From NCBI GenBank assembly GCA_026390655.1, contig JAPLFN010000102.1:26285-75998 (forward strand): DNA of 49,714 nucleotides. The letters run 5' to 3'. Both the position numbers and the translations under genes were made by a program. The notes below the pieces were generated by a model. That model saw only the letters and a list, made by a program, of their open reading frames with translations, was not told the origin of the DNA and did no database searches. This stretch comes from Candidatus Kapaibacterium sp. (GTDB taxonomy: Bacteria > Bacteroidota > Ignavibacteria > Kapaibacteriales > Kapaibacteriaceae). Below are positions 1 through 7,565 of the stretch, one piece after another (position 1 is the first letter of the stretch; the number at the start of each line of letters is the position of its first letter).

Positions 1-637
1 GACCCGGAGGGATTGGACCCGGAGGGTTTGGCGAAAAGAACGGAACATCATCAAACGTGATGATGAGTGTTGTTCCAACCACCTCATACCAAACAACTGC
101 ACCAAGACCATTTTGTTGCGGTGAAAGGTCTGTATTTGCAAGGTAGATGGCATCATATGTTTGGCCAGCACCTGGAGCGGCAAGATTCCGCGGAGCGATC
201 TGCGTTGCAACCGCATCGTTGCGGAATGTCACAAAGCCGTTCGATCCAACATAGAATCCGTCAACAGCGAGGTCGATCAGGCGGCCGTGGAAACGGAACT
301 GACCTACGATGTTCTGCTCAGCAGAAACTTCGTCGTCATCCAATCCAAGAAACACTGCTCCACCGCCCGCTGCTGCAAAAGCATAGGCAGGTGGCGCACC
401 ATTGTTTGCATATGCAATATTTATTGCACCCGTAGCCAATGTAGTCCGTACAGTGGTGGGTGATCCGGCACAAACCGGATTAGGTGCTGCAGGGGCCATA
501 CCTAGTGTTACTGTTTGCGCCTTCAACGAGATGCCCGTGAGCATCGCGGCGGTCGTGATGACCGTCAACAACAATGAGTTGAGCAAACGCCCAAAACGTT
601 GTTGCCGTGAAGGGAACGCGGAATCGAATCGATTCAT
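1..637 (-). CDS. Secreted protein of unknown function, 5' part only (C-terminus lies beyond the window start); absent from the supplied ORF track
   Basis: Manual reverse-strand translation. ATG at 635-637 is preceded by GGAGG (rc of 643-647) and gives MNRFDSAFPSRQQRFGRLLNSLLLTVITTAAMLTGISLKAQTVTLG... The frame stays open down to nt 1 (...ITFDDVPFFSPNPPGPIPPG). A basic n-region plus a hydrophobic core looks like a Sec signal peptide. The + strand ORFs 67-435, 161-463 and 402-653 are antisense shadows. Confidence 0.6.
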   Translation of the reverse strand, partial: MNRFDSAFPSRQQRFGRLLNSLLLTVITTAAMLTGISLKAQTVTLGMAPAAPNPVCAGSPTTVRTTLATGAINIAYANNGAPPAYAFAAAGGGAVFLGLDDDEVSAEQNIVGQFRFHGRLIDLAVDGFYVGSNGFVTFRNDAVATQIAPRNLAAPGAGQTYDAIYLANTDLSPQQNGLGAVVWYEVVGTTLIITFDDVPFFSPNPPGPIPPG

Positions 638-731
638 ACGATCCTCCAAATGAGAACTTGAAATACTGTTATTATTCTTACTGTTATTCATCATGGTAAT
701 GGTTTGTTGTTCACCTACGGCAAACGCCAAT

Positions 732-757
732 AGACGCTTAGAGCGTCTTGTTTTTTT
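732..757 (+). terminator. Orphan intrinsic terminator-like hairpin plus T-run on the + strand
   Basis: agacgct (732-738) pairs perfectly with agcgtct (742-748) around a 3-nt loop, followed by tg and then ttttttt (751-757). No + strand CDS lies upstream. On the - strand the A-run precedes the hairpin, so it would not terminate that strand. Confidence 0.45.
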
Positions 758-1142
758 ACTGATTTCGTTCAAATGGGTCTCGAGCACCCTGTCCCCTTCG
801 TACCATATTTTCATACTGCTCTTCCGGACCGTTGAATGATAACGGCACGGCGAACAACTACTCCGTTGCCAGAGGTGTTTACATCGCCGCAAAAATAGCT
901 TCCAAGCACGTATCCACCAAACACGAGTTTACCACATAGCATCTTTTGTGCTAAGGGGCTTACGGTATGTATGTGGGATATGTACATCTTCATACTCATT
1001 CGTTGTGATTCCAGCCCACGTTTCCCACTATTAAGTGGTTATACGTAGACAAAACTGTGAAACGGATTCCACACCTGCAAGGTCAGGACGCAAGATCACG
1101 GTGGTTACCCCCCCGAAATCCAACCCACCTTGATGGCAGGAG

Positions 1143-2168
1143 CTATTCCACAAGCCCCGTGCCAAGTTCTTGGGAGTTCCGCATCTCCTGCACGTATTTC
1201 CAGAGGTCCTCAACAAGTTCGGTCATTCCCTCATGTGCCACGGAGGAGATGATCCGCGCGCTGTGACGCTTCACGAAGTCACTCTGTTCCAAGGTTTCTC
1301 GCTCTTCATCGGTAAGCACGTCTGCCTTGGTGAGTCTAACGAGCCACGGCTTCACCAGAAGATGCTCTGCATATTGCCCCAGCTCGTTCCTCAAAGTGGC
1401 TAGGTCTGCCTCAGGATCCTCAGAATGCACGTCGATCATGAACAACAACACGGCTGTTCGCTCGATGTGCCTCAAAAACTGGATGCCTAGCCCCTTACCA
1501 TGATGGGCGCCTTCAATAAGACCCGGAATGTCTGCAACGGTAAACGAGCGGTATTCACCGGCCCTCACAAGACCCAAATTGGGCACGAGGGTGGTAAATG
1601 GATAGTCGGCGATCTTCGGCCTGGCAGCAGAGATCGTAGCGATCAGGGTGCTCTTTCCTGCATTGGGAAAACCCACAAGTCCCACATCTGCAAGGAGCTT
1701 AAGCTCAAACTCGATGGTGCGCTCGCCACCGGGTGTACCTGGGTCTGATTGACGTGGGGCTTGGTTAATAGAGGTCACGAATTCGGAATTTCCTCTACCA
1801 CCTCTGCCTCCCTTGACGATCACAACTCGCTGACCATGCACGGCAAGGTCGGCGATCTGCTCCTGGGACTCCTTATCGCGAATAACTGTCCCGGCAGGCA
1901 CGCGGATAACAACATCATCCCCACTCTTGCCGGTACAATTGCTGCTTCCTCCCCGTGCACCGCTGGCGGCCTTGTAGTGTCTGCGGTAGGTAAAGTCAAG
2001 CAGCGTACCGAGTTGCTTATCGGCCTCGATGATTACGGAGCCTCCGTGACCGCCATTGCCACCGTCTGGGCCGCCCATAGGAACATACTTCTCACGTCGA
2101 AATGAGATGTGTCCGGGGCCACCATCGCCTGCCTTGACGTTGATCCAAGCGGTATCGATGAAATTCAT
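1143..2168 (-). CDS. obg: GTPase Obg/CgtA (short form, no C-terminal extension domain)
   Basis: N-terminal glycine-rich Obg fold (MNFIDTAWINVKAGDGGPGHISFRREKYVPMGGPDGGNGGHGG). G1 motif GFPNAGKST, G3 motif DIPGLIEGA. Confidence 0.95.
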   Translation of the reverse strand: MNFIDTAWINVKAGDGGPGHISFRREKYVPMGGPDGGNGGHGGSVIIEADKQLGTLLDFTYRRHYKAASGARGGSSNCTGKSGDDVVIRVPAGTVIRDKESQEQIADLAVHGQRVVIVKGGRGGRGNSEFVTSINQAPRQSDPGTPGGERTIEFELKLLADVGLVGFPNAGKSTLIATISAARPKIADYPFTTLVPNLGLVRAGEYRSFTVADIPGLIEGAHHGKGLGIQFLRHIERTAVLLFMIDVHSEDPEADLATLRNELGQYAEHLLVKPWLVRLTKADVLTDEERETLEQSDFVKRHSARIISSVAHEGMTELVEDLWKYVQEMRNSQELGTGLVE

Positions 2169-3325
2169 AGAAAACTCCTGTGCAGGGCCTGCGCAAATTC
2201 CATGGCTGCCGTACTATCAGGCGCCACTCCCTGCCGGGCAAAAAATCGATCTACCACTCCAGCGGCCTCTTTCCAATTCGCACACGCCAAGACCTCGTCC
2301 ACAACAACCGCAAACGCATCGGCGTCCTTGTTGAACACTTTCCGAAGCACTCTGTCCTTGGTGCCGGCATCAAGCATCGTTGCGAAGACGGAGGAACGGG
2401 ATGCCGGGACGGATGCCGGGACGGAGGCCGGGACGGACGCCGAGACGGAGGCCGGTGCTTGCAAAGTCGCTGGAACAGGCGCTGGAACAGTCGCTGGAAC
2501 AGTCGCTGCATCATGCGCTGCCTCAGCCACCGGCACGTCTATACTGGCAATGACGTTATCTATAACGTCAATGAACTTCGAACGAGTTAGTGTCCGGAGT
2601 TCTTCACGGTAGAGTAGGCGCTCAAGTGCTTGTGAGATAGGGACAGCCCCTTTATCATCAAGAAAGATGATAACGGCCTCTGTAGGCACAGATTCTGGGG
2701 GAAGATCAGGGTCGGCATCGGCAAAAAAGGCGTAGATACCATCCAACAACTGCACAAACTCCTCCTGTGAGAGGTCTAGGATGGCGTCGTTGTCGATCTT
2801 CTCTACGATGCGCTCAAACTCCACAACACTGAGGATCTCATTGGCGGACGACTCGTTGGGGCGACTTTTAGCCCATTGACGTATTCCGTTGAGGAGGTAG
2901 CCATTGTCAGTGAGGTAATTCAGTCGGAGAAGAACTTCGTTAAGGGGCTTTGTGGGCTCCCCGCGGTAAACAAACCACTTTAGGGTGGTCCGTGGACGCA
3001 CCAAGAAGTTCAACCGGGTCTTTACGGCGGCATCGACAGACGAGGAAAGCTCCTCATGATCAAACCGTGCAGAATCAAGGTAAAGCCCGTCAAGGGTGGG
3101 AAAGATCTTCCTCAGGGGCTCACTGAAAGTGTCAAAACGAGCATTGGATGCACGCATAGCGCGCTCTTCATGCAACCACCACTCCACTTCCGCACGGAAA
3201 TAGGCGCGGTAGGCAGGGTGGATGTTCTCGTTGGCCACAATGGCCGAGAGGGCAATGTTGGGTTGACGCGTGTCGAGCTGTTGCTTCAGCTTCTTGCGGA
3301 CACGGTCAAGTTCCTTTTCGAACAT
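2165..3325 (-). CDS. Hypothetical protein with internal Pro/Ala/Ser/Val/Thr tandem-repeat linker
   Basis: 386-codon ORF whose stop overlaps the obg start (ATGA at 2165-2168). No family recognised. Carries a low-complexity segment VPATVPAPVPATLQAPASVSASVPASVPASVPAS. Confidence 0.8.
   Translation of the reverse strand: MFEKELDRVRKKLKQQLDTRQPNIALSAIVANENIHPAYRAYFRAEVEWWLHEERAMRASNARFDTFSEPLRKIFPTLDGLYLDSARFDHEELSSSVDAAVKTRLNFLVRPRTTLKWFVYRGEPTKPLNEVLLRLNYLTDNGYLLNGIRQWAKSRPNESSANEILSVVEFERIVEKIDNDAILDLSQEEFVQLLDGIYAFFADADPDLPPESVPTEAVIIFLDDKGAVPISQALERLLYREELRTLTRSKFIDVIDNVIASIDVPVAEAAHDAATVPATVPAPVPATLQAPASVSASVPASVPASVPASRSSVFATMLDAGTKDRVLRKVFNKDADAFAVVVDEVLACANWKEAAGVVDRFFARQGVAPDSTAAMEFAQALHRSFL
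2403..2508. repeat. Two adjacent in-frame 12-nt tandem repeat families inside the 386-aa CDS
   Basis: gccgggacggaN x4 (2403-2450, degenerate flanks), then g(t/g)cgctggaaca x3 plus a partial copy (2466-2508). On the - strand these encode the (V/A)P(A/S)(S/T)-type linker. Confidence 0.75.
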
Positions 3326-3373
3326 GGAGTCTGTATCTCAATACTATCGTGCAAGATACGACATCGCGTCCGC

Positions 3374-3751
3374 TCAATGACCAGCCACTCCATGAGGTTT
3401 GCGCACGATTCGTTTCTTTTTGGTTGACGATGCAGGGGCGGCAACTGGAGGAACTACGGTAGAAACAGGCGGAACAACAACTGACGTTGGAACGGCTATC
3501 TCCGGCCCTTTGTGCACAACAACGTTGTTGGGTTGTGATGTGAACCACCATATACCGAAGGATATCCCGATAGCTGCAATCGTGGCGATGAGTATGGGAA
3601 TCTTTACACCAGAGCGGCGTGCAGAACGCAGAACGTCTTGTTCAAACGTCCCTGGTGGAGTTACGCCGGGTAGGGTGGAAAGCAACGAGCGAATATGAAC
3701 GTTTCGTTCAAAGTCTTCAGGGGGCTCTATGGACGGGAGTGTATTCATCAT
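3374..3751 (-). CDS. Putative single-pass anti-sigma factor (no zinc-binding motif seen)
   Basis: Start overlaps the sigma-factor stop (ATGA at 3748-3751). One TM segment (IPILIATIAAIGISFGIWWF), a Pro/Val-rich extracytoplasmic tail and a basic C-terminus. The assignment rests on position and topology only. Confidence 0.5.
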   Translation of the reverse strand: MMNTLPSIEPPEDFERNVHIRSLLSTLPGVTPPGTFEQDVLRSARRSGVKIPILIATIAAIGISFGIWWFTSQPNNVVVHKGPEIAVPTSVVVPPVSTVVPPVAAPASSTKKKRIVRKPHGVAGH

Positions 3752-4389
3752 TCATCGAGAAAAGGAAAGACCTCTTTGTAAAGCGGACGCAGGAGGTCTT
3801 GAAGTTGCGTTCTGCCACGGTTGATGCGACTCTTTACTGTACCCATCTCCGTATTCGTGATTAGAGCGATCTCTTCATATGTGAGTTGTTGAAGGTCGCG
3901 TAACACCACCATCTCGCGATACGTAGGAGAGATACTCATGAGTGCCTTCTGAACATCCTGCACTATCCGCGTCCTATCTACTTGCTCATCAGGCCTATAT
4001 GTTTCATCAGGGATGTCCCACACGGCTTCGTTATCACCAATGCTGAAGGCAGCAGATAAGCTTGTACCGAATCTCCTGCGATATCTCTTGAGTTCTGTTC
4101 TCGCAAGGTTAGAAGCAATGGTATACAACCACGTTGAGAACTTCACCTCGCCAATGAAGGTATGAGCAAAACGATACAACCTCACGAACGTTTCCTGAGC
4201 TACGTCGACTGCGTCGTCGTAGTTCCCAAGGAAACGAAACGTATACGTTGTGATCGGCTCTTTGTATCGGCGCATCAGAGCAACGAATGCCGTCTCGTCG
4301 CCCTCAATGAACCGTCGCAGAAGATCTTCATCCGTAGCGCTATTTCTGATCGTCTGCATTGACTGGTTGCTTAGACTCGGTGATGACAC
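3748..4389 (-). CDS. ECF-type RNA polymerase sigma-70 family factor
   Basis: Region 2 (DDAVDVAQETFVRLYR...FSTWLYTIASNLA) and region 4 HTH (LTYEEIALITNTEMGTVKSRINRGR). The longest ORF starts at GTG 4389, with AGGGA upstream. ATG at 4359 (MQTIRNS...) is an alternative start. Confidence 0.9.
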   Translation of the reverse strand: MSSPSLSNQSMQTIRNSATDEDLLRRFIEGDETAFVALMRRYKEPITTYTFRFLGNYDDAVDVAQETFVRLYRFAHTFIGEVKFSTWLYTIASNLARTELKRYRRRFGTSLSAAFSIGDNEAVWDIPDETYRPDEQVDRTRIVQDVQKALMSISPTYREMVVLRDLQQLTYEEIALITNTEMGTVKSRINRGRTQLQDLLRPLYKEVFPFLDE

Positions 4390-4398
4390 AAATGTTCC

Positions 4399-5763
4399 CT
4401 ATTGAAACAAGGCACTTAGCACATGGGAAAGTCGCTCTACCGGAACGATGTTCTTCGACCGCACATCTGCGGACTTTGGGGCGTAGATCTGGTCCAATCC
4501 TAACCGCACGGCTTCGCCTACGCGCTGATCTAGGTACGCAACTCTGCGGACCTCACCGGTAAGACCGAGCTCGCCAATGAAGGCTACACCTGCGGGAATT
4601 GGTCTATCGGTAACACTACTCGCTATCGCTACTGCTACACCGAGATCTATTGCAGGATCTTGCACGGCAATGCCCCCTGCAACATTCACAAACACATCAC
4701 TCTGACGAACCTGAACGCCCCCTCGCTTTTCGAGCACCGCAAGGATCATTTGGAGTCGACGTGTATCATACCCAGTACTTACTCTCTGCGGCACACTGTA
4801 TCCTGTGGGTGAAACCAAGGCCTGCACTTCTATCAGGAGCGGTCTGGTTCCTTCCATCACAGCAACAACAGCAGTGCCGGGCTCATCAATGCTTCGGTTG
4901 GAAAGCAACACCTCGCTCGGGTTGTGAACCTCACGTAGTCCGCTCGACGTCATATCGAACACACCGATCTCGTTTGTTGACCCATACCGGTTCTTCAAAG
5001 CACGTAACACACGATACGAATACGTTCCTTCGCCTTCAAACTGCAATACTGCATCAACCATATGCTCCAGCACTTTTGGTCCGGCAATGAGCCCGTCCTT
5101 TGTTACGTGACCAACGATGATGATCGGAATACCGCTTCTCTTTGCAACGCGTGTCAGTAAAGACGTACACTCGCGTACTTGTGCAACGCTACCGGCAGAT
5201 GACTCCATCAGATCGGTAGTGATCGTCTGAACGGAATCAACCACTACGAGGGAAGGAGATATGTGCTCTATGAGAGCAACGATTCGTTCAACGTTGGTCT
5301 CGGATGCAACAACAATTCCATCGCTTTGCACGCCAAGTCTCTCAGCTCTCTGTTTGATCTGATGCAGACTCTCTTCACCTGTAACGTAGAGGCACGGACG
5401 GTTGGGTATGGAGGAACCAGCGAATGCTGCAAGCTGCAACATGAGCGTACTCTTTCCCATGCCGGGGTCGCCACCAACGAGCACGATACTACCGGGCACC
5501 AAGCCCCCTCCAAGAACTCTGTCGAGCTCCTGCATGCCTGTATGTATACGGGGCGCCTGGTCTGCCTGTACATCTGCGAGAGATGTAGCCGCGCCGGCAA
5601 CGAGGTTGAGCGTGGAGCGCGTTAGCCGACCTTTCCCCTTGGCAGGCTGGGCGTCCACTTCTTCGATCATCGTTTCCCACGTTCCGCAGGCCGGACATCG
5701 ACCCAACCACTTAGGCGCTACGTGACCACACGATGTACAGCGATAGACGGTGCGTATCTTCAT
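4399..5763 (-). CDS. radA: DNA repair protein RadA/Sms
   Basis: N-terminal zinc finger CTSCGHVAPKWLGRCPACGTW, Walker A GDPGMGKST, KNRYG motif and a Lon-like C-terminal domain. Start set at ATG 5761-5763 (MKIRTVYRC). The 20-codon upstream extension of the track ORF overlaps the divergent crtB start. Confidence 0.95.
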   Translation of the reverse strand: MKIRTVYRCTSCGHVAPKWLGRCPACGTWETMIEEVDAQPAKGKGRLTRSTLNLVAGAATSLADVQADQAPRIHTGMQELDRVLGGGLVPGSIVLVGGDPGMGKSTLMLQLAAFAGSSIPNRPCLYVTGEESLHQIKQRAERLGVQSDGIVVASETNVERIVALIEHISPSLVVVDSVQTITTDLMESSAGSVAQVRECTSLLTRVAKRSGIPIIIVGHVTKDGLIAGPKVLEHMVDAVLQFEGEGTYSYRVLRALKNRYGSTNEIGVFDMTSSGLREVHNPSEVLLSNRSIDEPGTAVVAVMEGTRPLLIEVQALVSPTGYSVPQRVSTGYDTRRLQMILAVLEKRGGVQVRQSDVFVNVAGGIAVQDPAIDLGVAVAIASSVTDRPIPAGVAFIGELGLTGEVRRVAYLDQRVGEAVRLGLDQIYAPKSADVRSKNIVPVERLSHVLSALFQ

Positions 5764-5807
5764 GAGTGCTTCATTTGTGAATATCAAAGCTATGGAATGT
5801 TTGCCGC

Positions 5808-6713
5808 GTGAACTCTCATTCAATTGAAATCAAAGACGCATACGAGGTCTGCCGTACGATCACGTTCACGTACGCCAAAACCTTTTCCTTTGCATCCTAC
5901 TTTATCGCAAAGGATAAGCGCAATGCATGTTACGCTGTGTATGCATTCTGTCGCTATGTAGACGATCTTGTAGACGTGGCAATGGAACAGGGGAACGTGA
6001 CGAGGGAAGATGCAGTACGTCTGGTTTCGCAATGGAAGTCTGATCTCGATGATGTGTATTTGGCGAAGTCGCAACAGAAGGGAGACCCCACGATTTCCGC
6101 CATACTGCTAGCGTGGGAAGACACGCTCTCTAGGTATCACATCCCGCGCACTCTGCCAGATGAGCTTATCGAAGGCGTGCTCATGGATACTACCATCACA
6201 CGCTTTGAGACATTTGATGATCTCTGGACGTATTGCTATCACGTTGCGTCTGTGGTAGGCCTTATGACGTCAGAGATCTTTGGGTACAGTTCACCAGACG
6301 CACTACCTCGAGCAATTGACCTTGGTGTAGCTATGCAGCTGACGAACATCATTCGCGATGTGAAGGAAGATGCCGATAGGGGGCGCATCTATCTCGCTCA
6401 GGAAGATCTACGAAGGTTCAACGTTTCGGAATCCGACATTCTCAACGGTGATTTTACTCCGAATGTTAAGGCTCTGATTCAGTACTACGTGGAGAGGGCA
6501 GAGTCCTATTACGCATCAGCTGATAAAGGAATTCCAATGCTATCCGATGATAGCCGACTAACGGTGTTGCTGATGAGCAAGAATTATCGTCGAATTCTTC
6601 GTGTAGTGGAGTCGATGGAGTATAACGTCTTTATACGCCGTGCAAGTACTTCACTCTTCACAAAGATATTGTCGTTACCGAGCGGATATCTTGAGGCACG
6701 CAGACTACGCTAA
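5808..6713 (+). CDS. crtB: Phytoene synthase-like (squalene/phytoene synthase family)
   Basis: Both Asp-rich motifs (YAFCRYVDDLVD; QLTNIIRDVKEDADRGRIYL) and YCYHVASVVGLM, with CrtB-like length. GTG start at 5808. I cannot exclude an HpnD or squalene-synthase role. Confidence 0.82.
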   Translation: MNSHSIEIKDAYEVCRTITFTYAKTFSFASYFIAKDKRNACYAVYAFCRYVDDLVDVAMEQGNVTREDAVRLVSQWKSDLDDVYLAKSQQKGDPTISAILLAWEDTLSRYHIPRTLPDELIEGVLMDTTITRFETFDDLWTYCYHVASVVGLMTSEIFGYSSPDALPRAIDLGVAMQLTNIIRDVKEDADRGRIYLAQEDLRRFNVSESDILNGDFTPNVKALIQYYVERAESYYASADKGIPMLSDDSRLTVLLMSKNYRRILRVVESMEYNVFIRRASTSLFTKILSLPSGYLEARRLR

Positions 6714-6715
6714 CT

Positions 6716-7558
6716 TCACTCGCAGTGGTAGGCGACGTCGATGATATTGAATTGACCGTATTCAAAATCTCCTGACTCAAGATTCCACGCAAAATCCACC
6801 TCCGTCGGAATCATCACACCTTCGAACTCGCTGTAGTTGCGACAACGTAGCGTGAACGTTGCCTGCTCGAATCCACTCTTGTGATCGCGATATTTATCGC
6901 CCGTTACAATGCGATCGATCTCACCGATTTCGTTCACATGAAACGTTGCCTGCACCTGGGTGTCGCCATCAGTGATAACTGCTCGTGCTGTTGACTCATC
7001 AATCGGTTCCCACCGCAATGTCTTTGTTGGCAGAAGCCCTGTGGGGAGCCAGACTAATTCACTCAAGAACCTGAAAAGCATTGACGTGTCTGTCTCCGGT
7101 CCTTCATACTCTTGGAGCGTGAGCGAACCAAAGAGCTTGATGTGTCCGTGTCCTTCACCCTTCATGTAGCTAAGCTTAGCAGTGCGCCACCACGCGCGGT
7201 TGTGACGTAACACAGCATCCCATACAAAACCCGCTTCCATTCCGGAGATTACCTCGGTGGCTTTCACTGTAAACCACGGACTTCCGGGACGATGACGAAA
7301 CCGCGCTTTTTGCTTGAGAACGGCATACCGAATATTGGGCTGTCCTTCCTTCAATGCGTAATGCAGATATCTGCGCACTGGATCAGGCAGCGTGCGTGCT
7401 AGGCTTGCAGAGAAATGAGGAAGGGGCTCCTTCCCAATCGATTGGATGAGTCTGCGGATTGCACGAGTGACGAACATCCGCGACACAAATGCACTTAGCG
7501 TCCCAAGGACTACGAGTGTACCAAATGAAGCGATGAGTATTACGATGATCTTAGGCAT
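6716..7558 (-). CDS. Membrane-anchored hypothetical protein (possibly a DUF6544-like family; from memory, unverified)
   Basis: 280-codon ORF with an N-terminal TM/signal anchor (MPKIIVILIASFGTLVVLGTLSAFV). Last gene of the co-directional run that begins at atpZ. Confidence 0.7.
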   Translation of the reverse strand: MPKIIVILIASFGTLVVLGTLSAFVSRMFVTRAIRRLIQSIGKEPLPHFSASLARTLPDPVRRYLHYALKEGQPNIRYAVLKQKARFRHRPGSPWFTVKATEVISGMEAGFVWDAVLRHNRAWWRTAKLSYMKGEGHGHIKLFGSLTLQEYEGPETDTSMLFRFLSELVWLPTGLLPTKTLRWEPIDESTARAVITDGDTQVQATFHVNEIGEIDRIVTGDKYRDHKSGFEQATFTLRCRNYSEFEGVMIPTEVDFAWNLESGDFEYGQFNIIDVAYHCE

Positions 7559-7565
7559 GATGTGT

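Noticed and set aside
67-653. Three + strand ORFs from the track (122, 100 and 83 aa)
   Set aside because: They lie antisense to an unlisted - strand gene that has an RBS, a signal peptide and an open frame to the window edge. Their translations are compositionally odd (R/H/Q/C-rich) with no recognisable motif.
811-999. 62-codon - strand ORF in the large intergenic gap (MSMKMYISHIHTVSPLAQKMLCGKLVFGGYVLG...)
   Set aside because: It has no convincing Shine-Dalgarno, no TM segment or signal, no recognisable motif, and several rare-looking codons (ATA, CTA, AGA). It cannot be excluded as a small protein, but the support is too weak to call.
1040-1142. Possible SRP (4.5S) RNA because of GGUCAGGAC on the + strand; also tested this gap for tmRNA/RNase P signatures
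   Set aside because: The segment does not fold into the SRP domain IV hairpin. No GGAA/GNRA-closed helix with the AGCA symmetric loop could be drawn. There is no GGAAAGUCC-type P4 sequence for RNase P. There is no tRNA-like T-arm or ...ALAA tag frame for tmRNA. It is more simply the obg 3' UTR and terminator region.
2109-2612. 167-aa + strand ORF (and 2180-2590, 2251-2514) with Ala/Gly/Thr/Arg low-complexity repeats
   Set aside because: These are antisense or alternative-frame readings of the 12-nt tandem repeats inside the 386-aa - strand CDS. That CDS is supported by its coupling to obg and by a non-repetitive, protein-like sequence on both sides.
5764-5823. N-terminal extensions of track ORFs: radA to 5823, atpB to 15440, ddl to 21121, the AtpZ-like gene to 15999, the EEP gene from 47296
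   Set aside because: Each extension overlaps the neighbouring gene, and the extra residues are unlike the family N-termini. Internal ATGs restore canonical N-termini ([37 protein letters not shown]).
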